Positions 8,470-19,329 of a stretch of DNA of 64,000 nucleotides are shown here, piece by piece (the first letter of the stretch is position 1; every line of letters starts with the position of its first letter). A program made the position numbers and the translations under genes. The DNA comes from Bacilli bacterium (GTDB taxonomy: Bacteria > Bacillota_I > Bacilli_A > RF39 > UBA660). The DNA lies in assembly GCA_017405445.1 (NCBI GenBank), contig JAFRAK010000041.1, positions 29,025-93,024 of the forward strand, read 5' to 3'. The notes beneath the pieces are model-generated. The model was not told the origin of the DNA and made no database searches. It was given only the letters and a program-made list of their open reading frames with translations.

Positions 8470-10065
8470 TTAAATCGTAGGAATTACATTAGGTCCTGTT
8501 GGTATTCCAATTACGTACCATACTACTACAATTAAAATCCATGTAATAGACATAATAATAAAGTATGGGAATATTAATTTTAAAGAATCTCTTATATTAT
8601 AAGGTTTATTCTTATTCAAATTATACATATTTAAATATCCAATATAGATTACAAATGATGCTAATAAAGGAGTATATCCTTTTGTCATAGAATCTCCAAC
8701 TCTTAATATAATTTGTGAGAATTGCGGAGATACATTGGATTGCATTAATAATGGTACAACAACAGGAGAGAAGATTAACCATTTACTTGCTGTTGAAGTT
8801 AGGAATAAGTTCGAAATGGCTATAAAAACTAAACATATTATAATTAATGGAATTCCACTAAAATGTATTTTTTCAATTGCCGTTGCTAACCAAGCAGTTA
8901 TTACAAAGCCAATATTACTTTTTCTAAATACAGCAATAAACTGAGACGCAACAAACATTAATATAATAATACTACCTAAGTTATTAAATCTTTTCCCTGC
9001 ATTTTCAATAATATCTTTATCATTTTTTATCGATTTACTACCAATACCATAAGCTATTCCTGTAAGTGCAAAGAATAGAGCTACTAGATAAGTAAATCCA
9101 TCTTGGAAAAATGCATTTTCTCCAAACAACTGATTAACATATGCTTTTTCTTTCATATCAAGTAACATTCCTGATAATGGTAATTTTGGGATTAGTGAAT
9201 ATATCGTTAAAACTAAAATTATTAATCCGACTATTAATGCATTTTGTAATCCTTTTTTCTCATATTTTTCTTGTTCTATTTGTTTTTGTTCTTCTTCTTC
9301 CATATCAAATGAATGATATTTTTCTGTTTGAGATGATTCGTCATCCTTTTTATATTTTCCTATTTTTGGGGCTATAATCTTTTCAATTATTAATGTTCCA
9401 ACAATAGAAATAATTATTGATGTTACTACAATAAAATATAGATTTGATGTTAAAGATACATGGAATGTTTCATCTATTAAATGAGATGCTTGTCTGGTAT
9501 ATTCAATAATTGATATTTCTGTTGTACCAACAAAGATAGATACTCCATATCCAAATGATACTCCACAGAATGCTGTTACTATTCCCAATATAGGATTTCT
9601 ATTATTCATAAAGAATATTAATGCTGCTAATGGAATTAAAATAGCATATCCTACTTCATTAATTAACGAAGAGATTGTTCCAACTAATATAATTAAGAAA
9701 GTTATAATGAAACCTGGTACTTTACTCAAATGTTTTCTTGTTAACATTTCAATAAAACCAGTAGACTCTGCTATTGTCAATCCAATTAAAGATACTAAAA
9801 ATGTACCCAAAGGTCCAAAACTTAAGAAGTTTTTCATTGCATTACTGATCATGAATTTAAATCCATCGAATGAAAACATATTTTCCACTGTTACTAATAC
9901 TGGTTCTAATTCATTTTTATTCTTATTAATAATATTATATGTTGCTTGTGTTTCAAATAATGATAGTATTCCACTTAAAATCACTACGAAAAATAGCAAT
10001 AGAATAAACATTGTAATGGGATGAATATAAAACTTTTTTAATTTTAATTTTCTTGGTTCTTTCAT
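8470..10065 (-). CDS. AbgT family transporter
   Basis: HPITMF, NFLSFGPLG, AESTG, RNPILG, TASKW, RVGDSMT; multiple TM segments. Confidence 0.85.
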   Translation of the reverse strand: MKEPRKLKLKKFYIHPITMFILLLFFVVILSGILSLFETQATYNIINKNKNELEPVLVTVENMFSFDGFKFMISNAMKNFLSFGPLGTFLVSLIGLTIAESTGFIEMLTRKHLSKVPGFIITFLIILVGTISSLINEVGYAILIPLAALIFFMNNRNPILGIVTAFCGVSFGYGVSIFVGTTEISIIEYTRQASHLIDETFHVSLTSNLYFIVVTSIIISIVGTLIIEKIIAPKIGKYKKDDESSQTEKYHSFDMEEEEQKQIEQEKYEKKGLQNALIVGLIILVLTIYSLIPKLPLSGMLLDMKEKAYVNQLFGENAFFQDGFTYLVALFFALTGIAYGIGSKSIKNDKDIIENAGKRFNNLGSIIILMFVASQFIAVFRKSNIGFVITAWLATAIEKIHFSGIPLIIICLVFIAISNLFLTSTASKWLIFSPVVVPLLMQSNVSPQFSQIILRVGDSMTKGYTPLLASFVIYIGYLNMYNLNKNKPYNIRDSLKLIFPYFIIMSITWILIVVVWYVIGIPTGPNVIPTI

Positions 10066-10075
10066 ATTTTCCTTC

Positions 10076-10270
10076 CTATTCTTCCTCTTCTATTATTTTC
10101 TTTAATTTTTTATTAAACTCTATTCTTGGGATTAGTACAGTTCTACCACAGTTGATACATTTTATTTTAATATCTGCTCCTACTCTTACAATTTCCCATT
10201 CATTTGTTCCACAAGGATGTTGTTTTTTCATCACTACTTTTGTTCCTAATCCATATTCTTTATTTTCCAT
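10076..10270 (-). CDS. DUF951 (YyzM-like) small protein
   Basis: MKKQHPCGTNEWEIVRVGADIKIKCINCGR; start reset to ATG 10270. Confidence 0.92.
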   Translation of the reverse strand: MENKEYGLGTKVVMKKQHPCGTNEWEIVRVGADIKIKCINCGRTVLIPRIEFNKKLKKIIEEEE

Positions 10271-11072
10271 TGTGCACCTCAATCTGAGTATAGGGAATTT
10301 TAATATTGTTTTTATCAAATTCTTTTTTTATTTCTCTTCTTAAAAATCTTTCTACAGCAAATTGTTTTGTTGGTTCTACTTCAACAACTACTCGATAAAT
10401 TACAGAAGAGTCTCCTAAATCATTAACTCCCCATACTTCTGGTTCTTTTTTTGCATAAGGAATGTTTCCTTCTAATCGCTTAAATAATGATTCAAATGTT
10501 TTATCAATATTATCTTCATTATTTTCATAAGCTATGCCGACATCAACTACTGCTAGAGAATTATTATTACTATAATTAATAACACTACTCATTAAATGAT
10601 TTGAAATAATTTTAGTAGCTCCTTTAAAATTACGTATTCTTGTTGTCCTTAAACCAATAAAAACAACTTCTCCCATAAATCCTTCTACTTCAATTGTATC
10701 TCCTATTTCATATTCTCCTTCAATAATAATAGCTACTCCAGCTATAATGTCTTTTGCTAAATCTTGAAAAGCAAGACCTAGGATTGCTGTTCCTATTCCT
10801 AAGCCTGTTAAGACAGATTTTACATTGACTCCTAATTGAGATAAAATTGCTAATATTACAAAGATTACAATAGTATATTTAATAATATTATTGATCAACG
10901 TATGGATTGTTTTAATTCTCTGTAATTGTGATGCTTTTAATCTATTTGTTAATAGACTTTTATTAATTGCCTTTTGAATGATTTTATAGATGATTAATCC
11001 AACTAAAATATACAAAATTGGAAGTATTATTTTAAGAAGATCAAATGATGTATCTCCTAATTTTATTATCAT
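10260..11072 (-). CDS. Small-conductance mechanosensitive channel (MscS/YkuT family)
   Basis: GIGTAILGLAFQDLAKDIIAG..YEIGDTI..IGLRTT; C-terminal IPY. Confidence 0.93.
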   Translation of the reverse strand: MIIKLGDTSFDLLKIILPILYILVGLIIYKIIQKAINKSLLTNRLKASQLQRIKTIHTLINNIIKYTIVIFVILAILSQLGVNVKSVLTGLGIGTAILGLAFQDLAKDIIAGVAIIIEGEYEIGDTIEVEGFMGEVVFIGLRTTRIRNFKGATKIISNHLMSSVINYSNNNSLAVVDVGIAYENNEDNIDKTFESLFKRLEGNIPYAKKEPEVWGVNDLGDSSVIYRVVVEVEPTKQFAVERFLRREIKKEFDKNNIKIPYTQIEVHNGK

Positions 11073-11073
11073 A

Positions 11074-11973
11074 CTATCTACCTACTTCTATATTTAATAT
11101 TTCTAAAATTCTATTTAAATCACTATCATTTACAAAGCTTATTTCCATTTTATTCTTTTTAATTGTTACTTTTGTTCCTAATTTTTCACTAATTTCATCT
11201 TGTAGATATGAATATTCATTATTCATCTTTTTTTGTTTTTGTGGATTTGTTTTTTGAATATTTGGTTCTTTTGTTAAAACTTCTAATGCTCTTACACTTA
11301 ATCCTTCATCAATTACTTTTTGTTCTAATTCTTTTTGTTGATTTTCATCTTCTAATTTACTTAATACTCTAGCATGTGCCATAGAAATCTTTTTCTCATT
11401 AATATCAGATTGAATATTTTCTGGTAATGTTAATAATCCTAACATATTTGTGATATGACTTCTGCTTTTTCCTAACCTCTTTGCTAGTTCTTCTTGAGTA
11501 AGAATTAAAGTATCTTGCAATTTTTTATAGGCTTCTGCTTCTTCAATAGCTGTTAAGTTTTCTCTTTGCAAGTTTTCAAGTAATGCTATTTCCATCATTT
11601 GAGTATCATTAAATTCTCTAACAATTGCTGGTACTTCTTCTAAACCTGCTATTTTAGAAGCTTTTACTCTTCTTTCTCCTGCTATAATTTCATATCCTTT
11701 AATGGATTTTTTTACAATAATTGGTTGAAAAACGCCATGCTCTTTTATTGATTCAGCTAACTCATTTAGTGCTGCTTCATCAAATACTTTTCTTGGTTGA
11801 TATGGATTTGGCCTTAAATCACTAATTTTTATGTGAATAATTTCATCATTTTTTGTTTCATCCATTATTTGATCTTCTACTGTTGTATAGGTAAGTATTT
11901 CACTATTAAATAATTCTTCAAGTCCTTTTCCTAATGCTTTTCTTTTTGGAATTCCTGATTCATTAGTTTCCAT
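11074..11973 (-). CDS. parB: Chromosome partitioning protein ParB/Spo0J
   Basis: KALGKGLEELF Soj-activating peptide, PNPYQPR, IIAGERR, ENLQRENL, HTH GKSRSHITN; alternative TTG start at 11982. Confidence 0.96.
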   Translation of the reverse strand: METNESGIPKRKALGKGLEELFNSEILTYTTVEDQIMDETKNDEIIHIKISDLRPNPYQPRKVFDEAALNELAESIKEHGVFQPIIVKKSIKGYEIIAGERRVKASKIAGLEEVPAIVREFNDTQMMEIALLENLQRENLTAIEEAEAYKKLQDTLILTQEELAKRLGKSRSHITNMLGLLTLPENIQSDINEKKISMAHARVLSKLEDENQQKELEQKVIDEGLSVRALEVLTKEPNIQKTNPQKQKKMNNEYSYLQDEISEKLGTKVTIKKNKMEISFVNDSDLNRILEILNIEVGR

Positions 11974-12748
11974 TTCTTTCAATCACTTCCTTTGCTAAAT
12001 TTAAATATGCCTCCGATCCTCTACTTTTCGGATCATAGACAATGATTGGTTCTCCATGTGATGGTGCTTCTGTTAATCTAACCAATCTTGGAATAATTGT
12101 ATTGTATACTTTTTCTTTAAAATAACTTCTAATATCTTCAACAACTTCAAATCCTAAATTAGTTCTAGAATCTAACATAGTTAATAATACTCCTTCGATA
12201 TCAAGTGTTGGATTTAGAGTTTCTTGTGCATGTCTTATTGTTCTTAATAACTGTGTAATTCCTTCTAATGCAAAGAATTCACATTGTACTGGAATAATAA
12301 CAGAATTAGATGCCGTTAACGCATTTATTGTGATTACATCTAATGATGGAGGGCAATCTAAAATAACATAATCAAAATCTTCTCTTATGATTTCTAAACA
12401 TTTCTTTAGTTGTTCTCCTTTTTTAAATCCTGTTTCTATTCTTGTTTTTTCAGAAAATTCATTTCCTAATCCTGCTAAATAAATAGAAGCTGGTACAACA
12501 TATAAATTCTTATATTTTGTTCTTATAATTGCTTCTTCTAGATTACAATCTCCTACTAAAACTTCATATATGCTTTTATTAATTTCTCCTTTATTAATTC
12601 CTACACCAGTAGTTGTATTTCCTTGAGGATCTAAGTCTATTAATAATACTCTTTTACCTAATACTGCTAATGATGCAGAAAGATTAATACTTGTCGTTGT
12701 TTTTCCTACTCCACCTTTTTGATTTACTAATGATATTACCTTTCCCAT
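11963..12748 (-). CDS. parA: ParA/Soj ATPase
   Basis: NQKGGVGKTT, DLDPQGN, DCPPSL, PVQCEFFALEG, EAPSHG. Confidence 0.97.
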   Translation of the reverse strand: MGKVISLVNQKGGVGKTTTSINLSASLAVLGKRVLLIDLDPQGNTTTGVGINKGEINKSIYEVLVGDCNLEEAIIRTKYKNLYVVPASIYLAGLGNEFSEKTRIETGFKKGEQLKKCLEIIREDFDYVILDCPPSLDVITINALTASNSVIIPVQCEFFALEGITQLLRTIRHAQETLNPTLDIEGVLLTMLDSRTNLGFEVVEDIRSYFKEKVYNTIIPRLVRLTEAPSHGEPIIVYDPKSRGSEAYLNLAKEVIERNGN

Positions 12749-12843
12749 CTAATCACCCATTTTTCTATATTACTTTTTTATTGTATCAAATAATCTTTCT
12801 TTTTGAAATGATTTAAGGAAAAAAAATAGAATTTTTTAAAATT

Positions 12844-14124
12844 CTATTCTGGTTTATCAATCTTAATAATTATTTGATAAGATTGTGGAAAATTCATTTC
12901 ATTTGCTTGAACACTTACTCCATGTTGTTGTAAATCTTCAATCAATTCTTTTATTTTTTGAGTTGCCTGTTCTGGAGTATATTTATCTGGTGTTCCTCCT
13001 ACTATTGTAGGTAATGGATTTCCTGGTTGTGATACAGTTGGAGTTCCTTCCTCAGGTTTTGCTACTGCTTCATCTATTTTAATTGTAGGTAATTCTTTTA
13101 AATCAAAGTAATCTTTAGGTTCAGGTTGATCTTGAATAATACCTGAATTATCTTGTGTTGCTGGTGCTGGTGCTGATGTTTGATTTGTATTTAATAAATT
13201 ATCTAATGATGTCGCTGCTTGTCCAGGTGTTCCTATATTTGGTAATGTTTGTCCTGCTGGTTGTACTTGAGTATCTACAACTTCATCTGTTACTTCTTGA
13301 TTATTATCTTCTCCATAGTTAATGAATCTATTTGCCATTGAATCCTCCTCTAATAGATTATTTTCTTTTGGTGGAGCAATTACAACTTTTCCATAATTAG
13401 AGGTTTCTTCTTTTATTTCTTTAACATTTGGAGTTAGTGGTTCATTTATTAAGAAACCACTTGCGGATGCGATTGCATTTGCTTCGATAGGAATACTTGC
13501 TGCATCTTTTTCTTTTGGATAGCGTTCCTTGATTTCTTCTTCTAATGTTCTTACACTCATTTTAGTCGTTTCTACTTTTTCTAATAGTTGTTTTTGAACA
13601 TCAACATCAGGAACCATTAATAAAGCTCTTGCATGTCTTTCAGAAATTTCTTCTTTTAGTAATGCCTCTTGAATTTCTTCTGGAAGAGATAATAATCTTA
13701 GTTTATTAGCAACTGAAGATTGACTTTTTCCCATCGTTTTAGCAAGTTCTTCTTGAGTCATTTCATCAATTTCAAGAATTTTTTGATAAGTTCTTGCTTC
13801 TTCAATTGGATTTAAATTCTTTCTTTGAAGATTTTCAAGTAAAGCTACTTTAGAACTTTCTTTATCATCCAAGTTTCTGATAATTGCAGGAATTTTCGTA
13901 AGTCCAGCTAGGGCAGATGCTTTGTATCTTCTTTCTCCAGCTATAATCTCATATTTTCCATTCACATTTCTTACGATAATTGGTTGAATAACACCATGTT
14001 CTCTAATAGATACTGCTAACTCCTTTAATGCTCTTTCATCAAATACTTCTCTTGGTTGAAATCTATTAGGTATAATATCGTCTAAATGTATTTGTACTAC
14101 TTCGTCTCTATTTTCTGTATTCAT
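12844..14124 (-). CDS. noc: Noc-like ParB paralogue with long low-complexity linker
   Basis: PNRFQPR, AGERR, GKSQSSVANKLRLL, ERHARAL, Noc-like C-terminus ending YQIIIKID; rsmG-noc-parA-parB order. Confidence 0.8.
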   Translation of the reverse strand: MNTENRDEVVQIHLDDIIPNRFQPREVFDERALKELAVSIREHGVIQPIIVRNVNGKYEIIAGERRYKASALAGLTKIPAIIRNLDDKESSKVALLENLQRKNLNPIEEARTYQKILEIDEMTQEELAKTMGKSQSSVANKLRLLSLPEEIQEALLKEEISERHARALLMVPDVDVQKQLLEKVETTKMSVRTLEEEIKERYPKEKDAASIPIEANAIASASGFLINEPLTPNVKEIKEETSNYGKVVIAPPKENNLLEEDSMANRFINYGEDNNQEVTDEVVDTQVQPAGQTLPNIGTPGQAATSLDNLLNTNQTSAPAPATQDNSGIIQDQPEPKDYFDLKELPTIKIDEAVAKPEEGTPTVSQPGNPLPTIVGGTPDKYTPEQATQKIKELIEDLQQHGVSVQANEMNFPQSYQIIIKIDKPE

Positions 14125-14230
14125 GAAAATCCCTCACTTTTTATTCTTATTCCTATATTATCATTATATGTTATTTTTGAAAATCTTTCAACTAATATTT
14201 TTTCAAAAAAAGACATGTTTTTCACATGTC

Positions 14231-14866
14231 TTATTTGTTTTTCATCATAATAAAGCTTCTTTTACTTTCCTCTATCGGAAGCGTAAATTCTTCTATTTTA
14301 ATAATATTATATTTTTGCTTTAATTTATTTTTTACTTCTTCTGTTAACTCTTCTTCAATATTTCCTTTCATTGCGATAAAAACTCCATCTTTTGATACTA
14401 AATGCATTGTGTAATTAACAAGTGTTTGAATATTGGCAACTGCCCTACTTGTTACTACTTCAAATTCTCCTTTATATTCTTCTCCTCTAGAATGAACTGC
14501 TTCTATTTCTTTTAAATCTAAGATTCTTATTACTTCATTTAAGTAATTCACTCTTTTTTGTAAAGAATCTATCAGTGTAATTTTTAGATTTGGAAATACT
14601 ATTTTTAAAACAATACCAGGAAAACCTGCTCCTGTTCCTACATCACATAAAGTTTTCGTTTTATTTAAATCAACTACTCTATTTAAAGTTAGAGAATCAT
14701 AAAAATGTTTTAAATATACTTCTTGTTCTTCTACTATTCTAGTTAAATTAATTTTTTCATTCCATTCAATCATTAAATGATAAAACTGATCTAATAGTTT
14801 TAATTGTTCTTCTGTAATATCAATATTTATTTTTTTACATTCTTCAATAAAAACTTCTTTATTCAT
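14231..14866 (-). CDS. rsmG: 16S rRNA m7G527 methyltransferase
   Basis: WNEKINLT, KHFYDS, DVGTGAGFPG, SRAVA; alternative start 14875. Confidence 0.97.
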   Translation of the reverse strand: MNKEVFIEECKKINIDITEEQLKLLDQFYHLMIEWNEKINLTRIVEEQEVYLKHFYDSLTLNRVVDLNKTKTLCDVGTGAGFPGIVLKIVFPNLKITLIDSLQKRVNYLNEVIRILDLKEIEAVHSRGEEYKGEFEVVTSRAVANIQTLVNYTMHLVSKDGVFIAMKGNIEEELTEEVKNKLKQKYNIIKIEEFTLPIEESKRSFIMMKNK

Positions 14867-16727
14867 CTTTTCCATACTCCTTTTTTAGGTATACTGAAAG
14901 AATTGAAATATCTGATGGATTTACTCCACTGATTCTTATTGCTTGAGCAATTGTTGATGGTCTAACTTCTTTTAATTTTTGTCTTGCTTCACTTGCAATA
15001 TTGTTTACTTTATCGTAGTCAATATCCTCTGGAATTTGTTTTTTCTCAAGTTTTAACATTTTTTCTGCTTCTTTATAAGATTTTTCAATATATCCTCTGT
15101 ATTTTAGATAAATTTCCACCTGTTCTTTGATTTCATCTTCATATGGGAATTCTTGAAATTGTTCTAGGAAAGAGACTGTTATTTCTGGTCTACCTAATAA
15201 TTGTTCAAAAGATAATGTAGCATTTGGAATTGTATATTGATTTTCTTTAAATATTTTTTCTATTTCTTTTGTTATTTTTAATTTTTGTTCTCTACACCAC
15301 TCTAAACAAGTTTTAATATCTTCTTCTTTTTTATTCAATCTTTCGATTTGATCTTGATCAATTAATCCCACTTCATATCCAAATCTTCTAAGTCTTAAAT
15401 CTGCATTATCACTTCTAAGTAATAATCTAAATTCTGCCCTACTTGTTAGTAATCTATATGGATCTCTTATTCCTTTTGTAATTAAATCATCTATTAATAC
15501 TCCAATATATGCTTCATTTCTTTTTAAAACTAAAGGTTCTTTTTCTTCTAACTTTAAACTTGCATTGATTCCTGCCATTAAACCTTGACAAGCTGCTTCT
15601 TCATATCCACTTGTTCCATTAATTTGACCTGCTGTAAACAAATTTTCTATTATTTTTGTTTCTAAGGATGCCTTTAGTTGTGTTGGATAGATAGCATCAT
15701 ATTCAATAGCATATCCATATTTTAAAATTTTGGCATTTTCAAAACCTGGAAGAGAATGTACCATTTGTTCTTGTATCTCAGGAGGCATAGATGTAGAAAA
15801 TCCTTGTAAATACATATCGTCATAATATCTACTTTCTGGTTCTATAAATAATTGATGTCTTTCTTTATCATGAAATCTTACTACTTTATCTTCAATTGAT
15901 GGACAATATCTTGGACCTATTCCTTCAATATCATCAAGTGCTCCATACATTGAGGATTTGTTTAAATTCTCTCTTATAATTCTGTGTGTTTCTTTTGTTG
16001 TATAAGTTAAATGGCATGGTATTTGATCTTCTATTTTATATTGTGGCTCTAAGTCAAAGCTAAAGGTTAGATATTTATTATCTCCTGGTTCTTCTTTTGT
16101 TTTTGAAAAATCAATCGTTTTTCTATCAATTCTTTGTGGTGTTCCAGTTTTTAATCTTTTTATTTCAAAACCATATTCTCTTAATTTATCACTTAAATGA
16201 TTTGATGGTTTTTCTCCATGAGGTCCTTGTCTTGTACGAGTATTTCCAACTAATATATCTGCTTTTAAATATGTTCCTGTTGTTAGTATTACAATTGTAG
16301 ATTTTATTTTTTCACCATTTTCTAAGATAACTCCATGTACTTTATGGTCTTCTACTATTAAATCTTCCACCATTCCTTCTTTTATTTCTAAATTTTCTAA
16401 GGATTTAAGAGTATTTAACATTTCTCTTGGGTAAGCAATTTTATCTCCTTGTGCACGTAATGATTGAACTGCTGGTCCTTTCGCACTGTTTAACATTTTT
16501 ATTTGAAGATGTGTTTTATCGGCTATTTTACCCATAATTCCACCTAAAGCATCTATTTCGCGGACAACAATTCCTTTAGCACTTCCTCCTATATGGGGAT
16601 TACATGGCATATCTGCGATATTATTTATATTACTGGTAATTAATAGAGTTTTATGACCTTTTTTAGCACAGGAATATGCTGCTTCACATCCTGCATGACC
16701 GCCTCCAACTACTATAATTTCTACCAT
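14859..16727 (-). CDS. mnmG: tRNA uridine-5-carboxymethylaminomethyl synthesis enzyme MnmG
   Basis: VGGGHAGCEAA, GPRYCPSIEDK, AGQINGTSGYEEAA, TSRAEFRL. Confidence 0.98.
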   Translation of the reverse strand: MVEIIVVGGGHAGCEAAYSCAKKGHKTLLITSNINNIADMPCNPHIGGSAKGIVVREIDALGGIMGKIADKTHLQIKMLNSAKGPAVQSLRAQGDKIAYPREMLNTLKSLENLEIKEGMVEDLIVEDHKVHGVILENGEKIKSTIVILTTGTYLKADILVGNTRTRQGPHGEKPSNHLSDKLREYGFEIKRLKTGTPQRIDRKTIDFSKTKEEPGDNKYLTFSFDLEPQYKIEDQIPCHLTYTTKETHRIIRENLNKSSMYGALDDIEGIGPRYCPSIEDKVVRFHDKERHQLFIEPESRYYDDMYLQGFSTSMPPEIQEQMVHSLPGFENAKILKYGYAIEYDAIYPTQLKASLETKIIENLFTAGQINGTSGYEEAACQGLMAGINASLKLEEKEPLVLKRNEAYIGVLIDDLITKGIRDPYRLLTSRAEFRLLLRSDNADLRLRRFGYEVGLIDQDQIERLNKKEEDIKTCLEWCREQKLKITKEIEKIFKENQYTIPNATLSFEQLLGRPEITVSFLEQFQEFPYEDEIKEQVEIYLKYRGYIEKSYKEAEKMLKLEKKQIPEDIDYDKVNNIASEARQKLKEVRPSTIAQAIRISGVNPSDISILSVYLKKEYGKDE

Positions 16728-16740
16728 ATTCTCACCTTCT

Positions 16741-18102
16741 TTATTTTCCTAAACAAAATCTTTTAAACATTTCATCTAGCAATTCTTCTTCGTATGTAGA
16801 ACCATTAATTGTTCCTAATTCTTCCCAAATATTCTTAATATCTAATTCAATCATATCTATTGGCATATTTTCTTCTAATGCCTTTTCAATATCTTCTACA
16901 CTTCTTAAACATTTTTTTAGAATACTAATACTTCTTGAATTACTCAAATATGTTGGATCTTTTGTTTCTAATTCATTTAAATTAAATAATTCAACTATTT
17001 TTTCTTTTAATTCATCGATTCCTTTATTTTCTGTAATACTTAGTTCTATGATTTTATTTGAATCTACATTTATTTCATTACGATTTAACTTATTATCTAA
17101 ATCTATTTTATTAATTAATACTAAATATTTTCTATTACTAATTTTATTTAGTAATTCTTTTAAATCTTCTGTTAATTCTTCATTATTATTTAACATAAAA
17201 AGTATTAAATCTGACTCATCCATCATTTTTAAACTTTTCTCTACACCTATTGCTTCTATTATATCTTCAGTTTCTCTAATACCAGCAGTATCTATCATAT
17301 TTAATAGAATTCCATTTATAGAAATTTGTCCTTCTACAATATCTCTTGTTGTTCCGGCAATATTGGTAACTATTGCTTTATCTTCTTGGAGTAAGGCATT
17401 TAATAAGGAACTTTTTCCTACATTTGGTCTTCCTATTATAGATGTTTTTATTCCATCTTTAATAATTCTTCCATTTTCAGATTCTTTTAATATTCTTTGT
17501 ATTTTTTCTTTTAATTTTGTAATTTTTGGAATTAATACCTCATTTGTAATGATTTCTACATCATCATATTCTGGATAATCAATATTTACATTAATATTTG
17601 ATATTATTTGAACCATATCATTTCTTAATTCATTAATTAAGTTAGATGTTTTTCCATCTATTTGATTTACTGCCATTTTTCTTTGTGTTTCGGTCTTTGC
17701 ATCAATCATATCCATTACAGCTTCTGCTTCTAATAAATCAATTCTTCCATTTAAAAAAGCTCTTTTTGTAAACTCTCCTGGTTCTGCTAGACGGCATCCA
17801 TTTTCAAGTAACAATTCTAATACTCTATTTGTTGGAGCAATACCACCATGAGTATTGATTTCTACTACATCTTCTACAGTAAAAGTTTTAGGTGCTTTCA
17901 TTACAGTAACTAATACTTCATCTATTACTTCATCATGGTCAACAATATGACCATAATGAATTGTATGTGAATCTACTTTTGTAAGATCTTTTCCTTTGAA
18001 AACTTGATTTACAATACTAATAGACTCTTCTCCAGAAACGCGGATAATAGCAATTGCTCCTACACCTTGAGAAGTTGCAATAGCACATATTGTATCATTC
18101 AT
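16741..18102 (-). CDS. mnmE: tRNA modification GTPase MnmE
   Basis: DTICAIAT, AEPGEFTKRAFLNGR, GRPNVGKSS, GTTRD, FCLGK; start reset to ATG 18102. Confidence 0.98.
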   Translation of the reverse strand: MNDTICAIATSQGVGAIAIIRVSGEESISIVNQVFKGKDLTKVDSHTIHYGHIVDHDEVIDEVLVTVMKAPKTFTVEDVVEINTHGGIAPTNRVLELLLENGCRLAEPGEFTKRAFLNGRIDLLEAEAVMDMIDAKTETQRKMAVNQIDGKTSNLINELRNDMVQIISNINVNIDYPEYDDVEIITNEVLIPKITKLKEKIQRILKESENGRIIKDGIKTSIIGRPNVGKSSLLNALLQEDKAIVTNIAGTTRDIVEGQISINGILLNMIDTAGIRETEDIIEAIGVEKSLKMMDESDLILFMLNNNEELTEDLKELLNKISNRKYLVLINKIDLDNKLNRNEINVDSNKIIELSITENKGIDELKEKIVELFNLNELETKDPTYLSNSRSISILKKCLRSVEDIEKALEENMPIDMIELDIKNIWEELGTINGSTYEEELLDEMFKRFCLGK

Positions 18103-18262
18103 GGTATTCCTCCTTTTTTTCTGGAATATTATAGCATACTTCATTTTATTTTTCTACACAATACTCCATATTATTATAATTTTATCATTAGAAATTGTGA
18201 TTTTGATATTTTTATTAAAGAATAGAGTGTAAATAGTGTAAAAAAAATAAGCATTTATCTGC

Positions 18263-18676
18263 TTATTCATTATTTCCTAGTAAGAAAACAAATATATAAT
18301 TTTTACATTCTATAAAGAATAAATCTTCTAAAGAATAGAAGTCCATTCTTTTCTCATCTAGAATATCTCTAAGTTTTATGTCTGTAAGAAATACTTTTGG
18401 TTCTTCCTTTGTTTTTAAATGAAACCAGTAGTGAATTGATTCTACAATTTTATCTTCATTTTGAAACCAATCGAGTAGGGTAGCTTCAAAAGAATTTGTT
18501 GTCTCTATTAATCTAACATCTTCTTTTAAGTGATAAAACTTTTTAAACTCTTCTTGAAAAGACTCTTTTAAATAACCATCAACCTTAACATAGGAGTATC
18601 CTATAGACTTAGATATTGAAGATGACATATTTAATACTCCTTCTAAATAACTACTTAAATAATTAATTTCTTTCAT
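18263..18676 (-). CDS. Hypothetical protein
   Basis: ORF with SD GGTGA, own TATAAT upstream and terminator downstream; no motif recognised. Confidence 0.7.
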   Translation of the reverse strand: MKEINYLSSYLEGVLNMSSSISKSIGYSYVKVDGYLKESFQEEFKKFYHLKEDVRLIETTNSFEATLLDWFQNEDKIVESIHYWFHLKTKEEPKVFLTDIKLRDILDEKRMDFYSLEDLFFIECKNYIFVFLLGNNE

Positions 18677-18714
18677 CGTAATCACCAATTATTATACCAT
18701 AACAAAAAAGAAGA

Positions 18715-19329
18715 TTAATCTTCTTTTGGTTTTACCACAACGTAACGATTTGGTTCTTCTCCTTCGCTTTCTGTATAAACTCCTTTAAAGTTTGTTAGAA
18801 CATTGTGAATAATTCTTCTTTCATAAGAATTCATTGAATCTAATTTTACTTCTACTTTTGTTGTTCTTACTTCTCTAGCAACATTTTTTGCTAATCTTTC
18901 TAAAGATTTTTCTCTTTTTTCTTTATACTCATTAACATCTAAAGTAAATTTATAATTTCTTCCTAATTCTGTATTAAGATGTTGACTTACTATCATAGAT
19001 AATGCTTTTAAATTCTTACCATTCTTTCCAATTAATAAGGCATCATTATCAGAGAAAATAATATATTTTGGAACTTCTTCTTTATTTTTTACTTCAATAT
19101 TAACATTAAATCCCATAGATTTTAAGATTTGAATTAAATACTCTTTAATATATCTAACTACTTCTCTTTTTTCTACAACTTCTATTTCAACTTTTTTACT
19201 TTTAAATAAACCACCTTTTGATTCTCCAACTTCTTTAATAAACAAATTTTCTTCAACTTCTTGTAAATCTTCTTTTGCTATTTGAATAGCCTCTTCTTTT
19301 GTTTTTCCTGAATAATTATGCTTTTCCAT
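18715..19329 (-). CDS. jag: RNA-binding protein Jag/EloR/KhpB
   Basis: Jag_N GKTKEEAI, KH LIGKNGKNL, R3H MNSYERRIIH, SEGEEPNR. Confidence 0.96.
   Translation of the reverse strand: MEKHNYSGKTKEEAIQIAKEDLQEVEENLFIKEVGESKGGLFKSKKVEIEVVEKREVVRYIKEYLIQILKSMGFNVNIEVKNKEEVPKYIIFSDNDALLIGKNGKNLKALSMIVSQHLNTELGRNYKFTLDVNEYKEKREKSLERLAKNVAREVRTTKVEVKLDSMNSYERRIIHNVLTNFKGVYTESEGEEPNRYVVVKPKED

Noticed and set aside
14210-14232. TGTTTTTCACATGTC as a degenerate parS
   Set aside because: Better explained as the rsmG terminator (AAGACATG/CATGTCTT plus T-run); poor match to the 16-bp parS.
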